This document shows, in pieces, positions 12,083 to 20,372 of a stretch of DNA of 64,000 nt. The translations under genes and the position numbers were made by a program. Position 1 is the first letter of the stretch. Each line of letters begins with the position of its first letter. This stretch comes from an uncultured Bacilli bacterium (GTDB taxonomy: Bacteria; Bacillota_I; Bacilli_A; RF39; UBA660): the NCBI GenBank assembly GCA_934101795.1, contig CAKORY010000004.1:18468-82467 (forward strand), in the 5' to 3' direction. Below the pieces are notes generated by a model that saw nothing but the letters and a program-made list of their open reading frames with translations, was not told where the DNA came from and searched no databases.

Positions 12083-12111
12083 TTGACAAGATTAGTAAAA
12101 TGTGATAATAT
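12083..12111 (+). promoter_or_regulatory. sigma-A promoter (-35 TTGACA, 17 nt, extended -10 TGaTAATAT) for the divergent 12137-12559 gene
   Basis: Consensus -35 and a TG-extended -10. The TTG used by the ORF track as a start is actually the -35 element. Confidence 0.6.
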
Positions 12112-12136
12112 ATTGCTAATTAAAGGGGGAAAATAT

Positions 12137-12559
12137 ATGGAAACACACGTTTATACTGTCGATGCTATAAATTCTGGTGATACTACTTATATAAGTAGTG
12201 ATAATTTAAGAATAATAATGGAACTTGAAAATATTAAAATAGTACAAGAACCTAAACCATTTAGAAAGTTAGTTTCTGAATTATGGGCTGACTCTATTAT
12301 GAAAGGCTCATATCCGCAAAATGATCCAGACGCTATTATGATTAAAACAGAAAATGCAACATTTTATTATGATGCTAAGAAAATTATTAAAAATCAACAT
12401 TGGATATTATTATACTTAAATCAATTACATGTTTTGGATCCTCAACTACTTGCTGATGGAACTAGATGGACAGAACTAAAACAGCCAATAGAACTTTTAA
12501 TGTCTATGGGTAATGCTGTTGTTGAATGCATACAAAAAAATAATAAAATAGTAAGGTAA
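12137..12559 (+). CDS. hypothetical protein (140 aa)
   Basis: ATG at 12137 preceded by RBS AAAGGGGGA. The track's longer ORF starts at a TTG inside the promoter. No recognisable domain. Confidence 0.5.
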   Translation: METHVYTVDAINSGDTTYISSDNLRIIMELENIKIVQEPKPFRKLVSELWADSIMKGSYPQNDPDAIMIKTENATFYYDAKKIIKNQHWILLYLNQLHVLDPQLLADGTRWTELKQPIELLMSMGNAVVECIQKNNKIVR

Positions 12560-12568
12560 ATTGCCTTG

Positions 12569-13789
12569 CTATTTTATTATGTTGTCAAGAGCCTTTAAAA
12601 CTGCTATTTTGCCATATTCATAAGTAAGTCCACCTTGTAAATAAGCTATATATGGACTTCTAAGAGGACCATCACATGATATTTCAATTGATGAACCTTG
12701 GGTAAATGAACCTGATGCCATTATTATTTCATCATCATATCCTGGCATATTTGTTGGTACTGGTGTGCTACTTGCATCTATAGCACTTCCATTTTGAATA
12801 CCTTCCACAAACTTAATTAGTTTTTCTCTACTTCCAAACTTTATAGTTTCAACTATATCACATCTTTCTTCATTCCATTTTGGTGATACATCATATCCTA
12901 AATTTTCCAGTAAGTATGATGCAAGTACTACAGTTTTTAAGCTACATGCAACTACTGATGGTGCCATATATAAACCTTGCAAGAAACTTTTATTAGCACC
13001 TAAACTTGGTCCAACTTCATCTGCTTCTCCAGGAACATTTAATCTTTCACTACATAAATATACTAAATTCTCTTTACCTACGATATATGCACCATTACTT
13101 GCTATACCAGCACCTAAATTTTTAATTAACGAACCAACACATATATCAGCACCAACTTCCGTAGGTTCTTTACTACTTACAAATTCACAATAGCAATTGT
13201 CTACCATAACTATTATATCTTTATCAATACTTTTAATTAATTTAATAACTTTTTCTAATGCATCAATGCTTATACTTTTTCTAGTGCTATATCCAATAGA
13301 TCTTTGAACTTCAATAAGCTTTACTTTGTTATTATTTAAAAACTCTTCAATTTCTTTATAATTAAAATCATCATTCTCTAAATCTATTTGTTCATACTTA
13401 ATACCAAATGATTTCAAACTACTTTTATTATCATTAAAGCCAATTACAGAATCTAATGTATCATAAGGCCTACCTGTGATAGATAAAAGTGTATCACCTG
13501 GTCTTAAAAGAGCAAATAAAGCAGTACTTATAGCATGTGTACCAGATATAAATTGATTCCTAACTAAAGCTTTTTCACATTTAAATACATCAGCGTATAC
13601 TTTTTCTATTATATCTCTTCCATAGTCACCATAACCATATCCAGTTGTACTATTAAAACAAGCTTCATTTACGTTTTCTTTCCAAAAAGCACTTATTACT
13701 TTCCTACTATTATAAAAACATACATCATCTATTTTACTATATACATCTTTTAATACAATTTCAGCATTTTTTACATCTTCAATATTCAT
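12569..13789 (-). CDS. YnbB/aluminium-resistance-family PLP-dependent enzyme (Cys/Met-metabolism-like fold)
   Basis: 406 aa. The overall pattern matches the YnbB family (GYGYGDYGRD..., ISGTHAISTALFALLRPGD). The family assignment comes from memory of that family and is not verified. Confidence 0.5.
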   Translation of the reverse strand: MNIEDVKNAEIVLKDVYSKIDDVCFYNSRKVISAFWKENVNEACFNSTTGYGYGDYGRDIIEKVYADVFKCEKALVRNQFISGTHAISTALFALLRPGDTLLSITGRPYDTLDSVIGFNDNKSSLKSFGIKYEQIDLENDDFNYKEIEEFLNNNKVKLIEVQRSIGYSTRKSISIDALEKVIKLIKSIDKDIIVMVDNCYCEFVSSKEPTEVGADICVGSLIKNLGAGIASNGAYIVGKENLVYLCSERLNVPGEADEVGPSLGANKSFLQGLYMAPSVVACSLKTVVLASYLLENLGYDVSPKWNEERCDIVETIKFGSREKLIKFVEGIQNGSAIDASSTPVPTNMPGYDDEIIMASGSFTQGSSIEISCDGPLRSPYIAYLQGGLTYEYGKIAVLKALDNIIK

Positions 13790-14502
13790 TTTATACCTCC
13801 ATCTATTTTTAACACTGTATCATTTATATAACTATTACTTGCAAGAAAATATATAGCATCAGCAATCTCTTCTTTACATGCAAATCTTCTAAGTAATATT
13901 TTACTTGTTTCTTCATTTTTAAAAGTACTATCTATATTACTTGTCATATCTGTGTCTATCCATCCTGGTGCTATGCTATTTACTCTAATGTTTGGGGCAT
14001 AATTTTTTGCAAAGTTATGAGTTAAACTTACTATACCAGCTTTAGATGCATCATAATCAATACTTTCTATATAACTTCCATTATAGATATTATTGCTTGC
14101 TACATTTATAATACTACCTTTATTCATTATTAACTTGACATATTTACATGTTAAAAATACACTAAGTAGATTATTTTCTATTACTTCCATAAATTCTTTA
14201 CTTGTTTTATCATTTAAACTATTATCTTTACTTATGCCAGCATTATTTACTAAACAATCAATATTACCTATATTATTTTTTATTTTATTAAATAAACCTT
14301 TTACTTCATCTTCTTTAGACACATCACATTTATAAACATAGGCCTTTACTTTATAAGTATTTTCTATATATTCTTTTAAATCTTCGGCACACCTTTTACT
14401 TGAATGATAATTTATAATAGTATTATATCCTTTACTTGCAAAATACTCTATAACTGATGCACCTAGTCCTCGGGAGGAACCTGTTACTAATACTGTTTTC
14501 AT
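13786..14502 (-). CDS. short-chain dehydrogenase/reductase (SDR) family oxidoreductase
   Basis: MKTVLVTGSSRGLG Rossmann motif and NNAGI. The real start is likely the ATG at 14502 (RBS GGTGAAG); the track start at 14544 adds 14 residues. Confidence 0.8.
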   Translation of the reverse strand: MKTVLVTGSSRGLGASVIEYFASKGYNTIINYHSSKRCAEDLKEYIENTYKVKAYVYKCDVSKEDEVKGLFNKIKNNIGNIDCLVNNAGISKDNSLNDKTSKEFMEVIENNLLSVFLTCKYVKLIMNKGSIINVASNNIYNGSYIESIDYDASKAGIVSLTHNFAKNYAPNIRVNSIAPGWIDTDMTSNIDSTFKNEETSKILLRRFACKEEIADAIYFLASNSYINDTVLKIDGGIK

Positions 14503-14547
14503 ATTTTCTTCACCACGCTTATATATTACACTAATTTTAGGCAAAAT

Positions 14548-14567
14548 AAAAGAGCTTTTGCTCTTTT
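14548..14567 (-). terminator. intrinsic terminator (AAAGAGC-aaaa-GCTCTTT + T-run) overlapping the stop of the 14566-14964 gene
   Basis: Read on the minus strand; a T-run follows the stem. Confidence 0.5.
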
Positions 14568-14964
14568 ATTTAATTATTACTCCATTTTCATCAAATTCAT
14601 AATGTGGTAATACAAAATCTTCTTTTTTATTACTATTATCTAATTTATCTAGTTCTATATTTTTACTTTCTATATATTTTGTATCACTATTAATAATTTC
14701 ACTATCTATATCATTTAATCCATTTGTAAGCTTAGTATATTCTTCTGTTTTATAGCCTTCGAATAATACATCTTTAATATCTTTTTGATTAAATGAACAA
14801 TAACTACTTTTAATCATTACTCCTTCTGGATATGCACAACCTGAATAATCATATATTTCTAAGTCATTTGCATATTCTACAGAGTAATAACCAGTTATCA
14901 TTATTGATTTATTATTATTTCTAAGCTTTACTACACTACCAATTGGTAAATATCTTTTATTCAT
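14566..14964 (-). CDS. hypothetical protein, possibly DUF4176-like
   Basis: 132 aa. The N-terminal YLPIGSVVKL...IMITGY resembles the LP(I/L)GSVV motif I associate with DUF4176. This is uncertain. Confidence 0.35.
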   Translation of the reverse strand: MNKRYLPIGSVVKLRNNNKSIMITGYYSVEYANDLEIYDYSGCAYPEGVMIKSSYCSFNQKDIKDVLFEGYKTEEYTKLTNGLNDIDSEIINSDTKYIESKNIELDKLDNSNKKEDFVLPHYEFDENGVIIK

Positions 14965-15011
14965 GTTAGTCCCTTTCTACTCTATTAATGACTTTGTCCT
15001 TCCCTGAAGTA

Positions 15012-16604
15012 TCAGTTTACTCTGATTGGATCAGTAGCAGTCCCACTTCCTGATTCATATGTTATGGAAGCTTTGAGATTGAAAACTGGTCTCACCGCAC
15101 GCCCAACGCTTGCATTACCGTTGTCCACGCTACCAGCATCATTCACAAGTAACGCATTAGAGGCACCGTCCGCTTCACGGGAAATAGTCCATTCCTGAAG
15201 TCCCATATGCATCCAATTGACACTTGTTGCTACTCTATAATCTTTTGTTACATCACTATTATATCCTAATAATGTCCACTTATCTTGTGGCACTGCATAC
15301 ATATAGTCGCTTAAATACATTGCTCCTATTTTTGCACTATATTCTGTTGTATTATCTGTTGTATTTGTTGTTATGGGATTATTTATTTCATTTTTATATG
15401 TTGTTTTGGCTGGTTGGATTTCTATATTTTCCCATGTGTTTCCGCCAACCTTCCATGTTGTTGTATCTATTTTTTTTGCCCATTCTGCTCCTATTTTAGT
15501 TATGAAATTTGTATTTAAATTTGTTTTATTTAACAAACTTGTACTCCATGTATTTGAACCTTTCCCACTATTTATACTTGTATTATTTTTATAATTCCAT
15601 GAATATCCTGCTATATTGGCTAAATTGTTGCCTTTATAATCTGAATTACTCCAATTATTTGTAGATGCAATAGTAGTATATTTATCATTATAATCTCCAT
15701 CTGTACCTAATAATGCACTTGTTGCATAATCTGCTTTGATTAGTTTTACTCTTTGTTCAGTTTGATTTTCTCCAACTTTATTATCAAATACTCCAATTAT
15801 TCTATATAGATTATCTTCTGGACATGGACTTTCTGTTGAACCAAAACATACATAATTATTTACTTGATCACTTGCTCCAGCATATCTGTATGAATTATCC
15901 TCTGCTCCATTTGTTAGGCTTGCATCATGGTAATAAATACTATTTTCACCTTGGGTTCCTGTATATAGTGATTTTACATAATCTGCTAAAGTTGGATCTG
16001 CTTCTCTTTCATAAGACTTAACTGCAACTCCTGCTGCAAATGTTGTGTTTTGATATTCTGTTGCTTTTTCATCTACAAATAGGTATAAATCATAAGTTGC
16101 ACTACCTTTGTATGGAACTTTATTATTATAAAGTTTAAATATATTACCATAAGTACCAGATAAGCCAGCATTAAGTTCTGTTTTTTCTGCATCAGTAAAA
16201 TTATCTGCATCATCTAAAGAACTTGTAAGTGTACCTTCCACTAAAGCTTCTTTAGAACCTTTTTCAGTTATAATATAATGAATATTTGAAGCTGACAAAG
16301 TATTAGTGTTTAGTGTTGCTAAATAAAGATTAAAACCTACATAAGTATCACAATAACTAGTAACTGTAAAAGTATATGGAGTCGTTTGTAATCCTTTGTT
16401 TCTACTCATAGGATAACTATTAGTTAGTTTTATTGAAGTGGTTCCTTCTAATTTTATTTTAGCACAGCTTGATAAACTAACTTCAGTTATATTTCCACCT
16501 TGATCTATTGGTTTCATAAAAGCCGTTGTAATACTTACAGAAAGTACCACTACTATTAAAACTGCTAGTACACTTAATATAATAATTCTGGTTTTTTTAC
16601 TCAT
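15012..16604 (-). CDS. membrane-anchored surface protein, paralog of 44989-46659, sharing a C-terminal ~300-aa domain and terminal motif with pilin-like proteins
   Basis: 530 aa. N-terminal signal-anchor (IIILSVLAVLIVVVLSV). The C-terminal half is about 70% identical to the second large protein (DYVKSLYTGTQGEN...YRIIGVF...TTWKVGG...AKIGAMYLSDYMYA...VRPVFNLKASITYESGSGTATDPIRVN). Confidence 0.6.
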   Translation of the reverse strand: MSKKTRIIILSVLAVLIVVVLSVSITTAFMKPIDQGGNITEVSLSSCAKIKLEGTTSIKLTNSYPMSRNKGLQTTPYTFTVTSYCDTYVGFNLYLATLNTNTLSASNIHYIITEKGSKEALVEGTLTSSLDDADNFTDAEKTELNAGLSGTYGNIFKLYNNKVPYKGSATYDLYLFVDEKATEYQNTTFAAGVAVKSYEREADPTLADYVKSLYTGTQGENSIYYHDASLTNGAEDNSYRYAGASDQVNNYVCFGSTESPCPEDNLYRIIGVFDNKVGENQTEQRVKLIKADYATSALLGTDGDYNDKYTTIASTNNWSNSDYKGNNLANIAGYSWNYKNNTSINSGKGSNTWSTSLLNKTNLNTNFITKIGAEWAKKIDTTTWKVGGNTWENIEIQPAKTTYKNEINNPITTNTTDNTTEYSAKIGAMYLSDYMYAVPQDKWTLLGYNSDVTKDYRVATSVNWMHMGLQEWTISREADGASNALLVNDAGSVDNGNASVGRAVRPVFNLKASITYESGSGTATDPIRVN

Positions 16605-16633
16605 AAGAAAAATCTCCTTTATTCTATATATAA

Positions 16634-16662
16634 ATTATATAAAAAAAATTAAATTTGTTCAA
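16634..16662 (-). promoter_or_regulatory. putative sigma-A promoter (TTGAAC-17-TATAAT) for 15012-16604
   Basis: Hexamers read on the minus strand about 30 nt upstream of the RBS AAAGGAG. Confidence 0.4.
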
Positions 16663-16697
16663 GTGTTTAATGATAATAAATTTTAAAAATAAAGAAA

Positions 16698-16725
16698 AAG
16701 ATCTTAAAAATTTAATTAAGATCTT
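16698..16725 (-). terminator. terminator hairpin (palindrome AAGATCTT x2) overlapping the stop of the ToxN-like gene
   Basis: AAGATCTT-12 nt-AAGATCTT followed by TTTTCTTTATTTTT on the minus strand. Confidence 0.5.
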
Positions 16726-17191
16726 CTTTTAGTTCATCTAACATCATTTGTTTTAATTTATCTATGTCAGGAAAAAATAAATTTATTCCACGCTTCTTAT
16801 AACCTAATAATTGTTTAAAATTATTTGTTATTTCCTTTTTTAGGTCAGATCCAACAAATAAAGGCATGTTACTCACAGTATGAACATGGTCTATATATTT
16901 TTCTAAAGTTGGAAATGCATTTTGAAATAATATTACTGCATCGGCATCAGCAATTTTTCTTATCCAAATAGTATTACAAAAACCATACTTTAAAATTTTA
17001 TTATTAATTATTTTTTGATATTTACTTACTTTTGAACTTATAGGAATGAACCATAAAATATCACCATCTTTTATAGTAAAATATGTTGGCCTTTTTTTAC
17101 CTCTTTCGTGATTTACCATTAGTTTATCATCATTCACGTGATAAAAATACTCATCTTTAATATGATATAAATATCCAGTTTTTATTTTCAT
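16712..17191 (-). CDS. ToxN/AbiQ-like endoribonuclease toxin (candidate type III TA toxin)
   Basis: 159 aa with RBS AGGTGAGG. Size and N-terminal pattern (YLYHIKDEYFYHV..., RPTYFTIKDGDILWFIPISSKVSKY) resemble ToxN/AbiQ. A promoter, tandem RNA repeats and a terminator sit immediately upstream. Confidence 0.5.
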   Translation of the reverse strand: MKIKTGYLYHIKDEYFYHVNDDKLMVNHERGKKRPTYFTIKDGDILWFIPISSKVSKYQKIINNKILKYGFCNTIWIRKIADADAVILFQNAFPTLEKYIDHVHTVSNMPLFVGSDLKKEITNNFKQLLGYKKRGINLFFPDIDKLKQMMLDELKEDLN

Positions 17192-17238
17192 AATTTATTC
17201 ACCTCACCTGATATTTGCATTATAACATAAGCCACAAT

Positions 17239-17267
17239 AAAACTCAAGCATTTAACTTGAGTTTTTA
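17239..17267 (-). terminator. intrinsic terminator between the repeat array and the toxin ORF (AAAAACTCAAG-ttaaatg-CTTGAGTTTT)
   Basis: 10-bp stem with flanking A and T runs. It sits where the attenuating terminator lies in ToxIN-type loci. Confidence 0.6.
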
Positions 17268-17270
17268 ACA

Positions 17271-17470
17271 TTTTCGACCGGGATCATTTATTAGTCGCAC
17301 CACCCGGAAGCGAAAAACATTGTCGACCGGACTCACTTGATACCCCGCACCATCCGGAAGCGGAAAACATTTTCGCTGGGATAATTTATTAGTCGCATCT
17401 CCCAGAAGCGACCTCTATTTCGCATTTGGAATAATTTATATCCCGCACCATCCAAGAGCGGCACATTCTC
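17271..17470 (-). ncRNA. candidate type III antitoxin RNA (toxI-like): four tandem 49-50-nt repeats, each with a 5-bp stem showing compensatory substitutions
   Basis: Units at 17271-17319, 17320-17369, 17370-17418 and 17419-17468. The stems (plus strand) are CCGGG/CCCGG, CCGGA/TCCGG, CTGGG/CCCAG and TTGGA/TCCAA around a ~20-nt loop (..ttattagtcgcacca). The block is GC-rich relative to its surroundings and non-coding. A consensus promoter lies directly upstream. Confidence 0.55.
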
Positions 17471-17482
17471 TAATGCAATTTA

Positions 17483-17511
17483 AATATACCACACTTTAAC
17501 GCAATTGTCAA
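17483..17511 (-). promoter_or_regulatory. sigma-A promoter driving the repeat array (-35 TTGACA, 17 nt, extended -10 TGgTATATT)
   Basis: Read on the minus strand about 40 nt downstream of the ppdK stop. A TSS is predicted at about 17476, at the edge of the first repeat. Confidence 0.55.
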
Positions 17512-17553
17512 ATGAAATATTTTATATTTATAGTATATTCTTTTCTTAATAAA

Positions 17554-20184
17554 TTATTTACCTTGTTTTCTTAAAATAGCAGATCTAGCTGCTGCTAAAC
17601 GAGCAATTGGAACTCTATATGGAGAGCAAGATACATAATTAAATCCTAGTTTATCACAGAAAGCAACACTAGCTGGATCTCCACCATGTTCACCACAAAT
17701 ACCTAGTGAAAGCTTTGGATTAACACTTCTACCTTTAGTAGCTCCCATTTCCATTAAAAGCCCTACACCATCAAAGTCTATACGAGCAAATGGATCAAAT
17801 TCAAATATTCCTTTTTCATAATAAGAACTTAAGAACTTACCAGCATCATCTCTAGAAAAACCATATGTCATTTGTGTTAAGTCATTTGTTCCAAAACTAA
17901 AGAATTCTGCTTCTTCAGCTATTTTATCAGCAAGAAGTGCAGCACGCGGAATTTCAATCATTGTTCCAACTTCATATTTTAAATCAATACCAGCATTTTT
18001 AATTAATTCATCAGCAGTTTCACAAACTATATTTTTAACATATTTAAGTTCTTTAACTTCACCAACAAGTGGAATCATTATTTCTGGAGTAACATTAATT
18101 CCTTTTTTAGATACATTAATAGCTGCTTCAATAACTGCTCTTGTTTGCATTCTAGCAATTTCTGGATATGTTATAGCTAAACGACATCCTCTATGTCCCA
18201 TCATTGGATTAAATTCTTTTAGTGAATCAATTACTTCATGTAACTCTTCAACTGTTTTACCTAAAGCTTCAGCAAGTTCTTTAATTTCACTTTCTGTTTT
18301 TGGTAAGAATTCATGTAAAGGTGGGTCTAAATATCTAATGACAACACTATATGGAGCCATTGCTTCATATAATCCTTCAAAGTCTTTTCTTTGATATGGC
18401 AAAATATTTTCAAGAGCTTCTTCTCTTTCTTCTAGCGTTGTTGCACAAATCATTTTTCTAAAGTTGAATATTCTATCTTTTTCGAAGAACATGTGCTCTG
18501 TACGGCAAAGTCCAATACCTTCAGCTCCAAATTTTCGAGCTTGAATAGCATCTTTTGGTGTATCAGCATTAGTTCTAACACGTAAATCTCTTGCACTATC
18601 AGCCCATGACATAAATGTTTCAAAATCACCACTAATTGATGCTTCTTCCATATCAAGTTTTCCAGCATATACTTTACCAGTTGAACCATCAATTGATAAA
18701 TAGTCTCCTTCTTTATAAATAGAACCATCAGGCATTTTTAATGTTTTTTCTTCTTCATTTATAACGATTGATGAAGCACCACTAACACAGCAAATACCCA
18801 TTCCACGAGCAACTACTGCAGCATGACTTGTCATACCGCCACGGATAGTTAAAACACCTTTACTTGAATTCATTCCTTCGATATCTTCCGGTGATGTTTC
18901 AAGTCTAACTAAAATACTATCAATACCTTTTTTCTTATTTTCAATTACATCACTTGCAGTAAAGTAAATTTTACCAGTTCCTGCTCCAGGTGATGCTGCT
19001 AAGCCTTCAGCAACTACTTTACCAGTTTTTAAAGCACTATCAGTAAATGTTGGATGTAAAAGTGCATCAAGTTGTTTAGGATCAACCATTAAAACTGCTT
19101 CATCTTTTGTTATCATACCTTCATTTACTAAATCAACAGCAACTTTTATAGCAGCTTTTGCTGTTCTTTTACCATTTCTTGTTTGTAAAATAAATAGCTT
19201 ACCATTTTCAATAGTAAATTCCATATCTTGCATATCTTTATAATGTTTTTCAAGACTTTCAGCAATATTTGCAAATTCAGTATATACTTCTGGCATTTCT
19301 TCTTTTAAAGTTGCAATTGGACTTGGTGTACGAATGCCTGCAACAACATCTTCACCTTGAGCATTAATTAAATATTCTCCGAATAAGGCTTTTTCTCCAG
19401 TTGCAGGATTTCTTGTAAATGCAACACCAGTTCCTGAATTATTTCCACTATTACCATAAACCATTTCTTGAACATTAACTGCAGTTCCCCAACTAGATGG
19501 AATATCATTTATTCTTCTATAATAAATAGCTCTTTCATTATTCCAACTTCTAAATACTGCTTTAACAGCTTCAATTAATTGAGTAAATGGTTCTTGTGGA
19601 AAATCTTCTCCAGCAAATTCTTTATAAGCTTTTTTAAACAAATCTGTAAGTTCTACCATATCATTTTCATCTAAATCAATGTCATTTTTAACACCTTTTT
19701 TGGCTTTAACTTCATCAATTATAGTTTCAAATTTACTTTTAGAATATCCTTTTACTACATCGGCAAACATTTGAATAAATCTTCTATAAGAATCATATAC
19801 AAATCTCTTATTACCAATTTTTTCAGCAAAAGATGAAGCTATCTCATCATTTAAACCTAAATTAAGTACTGTATCCATCATACCAGGCATACTAGCACGA
19901 GCTCCGCTTCGTACACTTACAAGAAGTGGATTGGTTTTATCACCAAATTTTTTGCCGCTTTTTTCTTCAAGTTTTGATAAAGCTTCTTTAATTTGGTTTA
20001 TTACTTCTTCACTTAATACCTTTCCATCATCATAGTATTTGTTACAAGCCTCAGTTGTAACTGTAAATCCACCCGGAACAGGCATACCAATATTAGTCAT
20101 TTCTGCTAAATTAGCCCCTTTACCTCCAAGGAGATTTCTCATATCTTTGTTTCCTTCTTGAAACAAATAAACATATTTTTCCAT
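17554..20184 (-). CDS. ppdK: pyruvate, phosphate dikinase
   Basis: About 876 aa. N-terminal MEKYVYLFQEGNKDMRNLLGGKGANLAEM, and a central TSHAAVVARGMG phospho-His region. The track start at 20196 lies inside the RBS GGAGGA, so the ATG at 20184 is preferred. Confidence 0.95.
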   Translation of the reverse strand: MEKYVYLFQEGNKDMRNLLGGKGANLAEMTNIGMPVPGGFTVTTEACNKYYDDGKVLSEEVINQIKEALSKLEEKSGKKFGDKTNPLLVSVRSGARASMPGMMDTVLNLGLNDEIASSFAEKIGNKRFVYDSYRRFIQMFADVVKGYSKSKFETIIDEVKAKKGVKNDIDLDENDMVELTDLFKKAYKEFAGEDFPQEPFTQLIEAVKAVFRSWNNERAIYYRRINDIPSSWGTAVNVQEMVYGNSGNNSGTGVAFTRNPATGEKALFGEYLINAQGEDVVAGIRTPSPIATLKEEMPEVYTEFANIAESLEKHYKDMQDMEFTIENGKLFILQTRNGKRTAKAAIKVAVDLVNEGMITKDEAVLMVDPKQLDALLHPTFTDSALKTGKVVAEGLAASPGAGTGKIYFTASDVIENKKKGIDSILVRLETSPEDIEGMNSSKGVLTIRGGMTSHAAVVARGMGICCVSGASSIVINEEEKTLKMPDGSIYKEGDYLSIDGSTGKVYAGKLDMEEASISGDFETFMSWADSARDLRVRTNADTPKDAIQARKFGAEGIGLCRTEHMFFEKDRIFNFRKMICATTLEEREEALENILPYQRKDFEGLYEAMAPYSVVIRYLDPPLHEFLPKTESEIKELAEALGKTVEELHEVIDSLKEFNPMMGHRGCRLAITYPEIARMQTRAVIEAAINVSKKGINVTPEIMIPLVGEVKELKYVKNIVCETADELIKNAGIDLKYEVGTMIEIPRAALLADKIAEEAEFFSFGTNDLTQMTYGFSRDDAGKFLSSYYEKGIFEFDPFARIDFDGVGLLMEMGATKGRSVNPKLSLGICGEHGGDPASVAFCDKLGFNYVSCSPYRVPIARLAAARSAILRKQGK

Positions 20185-20338
20185 ATAATCCTCCATATAT
20201 TTATTTTATCATTTATAAGCTAGCTGTACAAGAAAAAACATGTCAAATTTACATACTTTTGATATTAATTAAAAATTAAGAAAATGAACTCAATTATGAA
20301 CGATCTTTGTCAATCGATAAAGGCCATTTTTCCGTTAA

Positions 20339-20372
20339 AAAAATATATAGAATTATTTTTCCTATATATCTT
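20339..20372 (-). terminator. putative terminator after queA (ATATATAG-loop-CTATATAT + T6)
   Basis: Hairpin overlaps the queA stop codon and is followed by TTTTTT on the minus strand. Confidence 0.45.

Noticed and set aside
15012-16604. Large surface proteins (15012-16604 and 44989-46659) considered as prepilins processed by prepilin peptidase
   Set aside because: N-termini (KKTRIIILSVLAV, KKQALILSIVAV) lack the G|F/M-x-x-x-E class III cleavage motif. They look like ordinary signal anchors.
17271-17470. Tandem repeats considered as a CRISPR array, REP/MITE-like element or protein-binding iterons
   Set aside because: Units abut directly with no unique spacers, so not CRISPR. There is no cas gene and no terminal inverted repeats. 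Compensatory stem changes point to RNA structure. The array is placed between a promoter, a terminator and a ToxN-like ORF, so type III antitoxin RNA is the better explanation.
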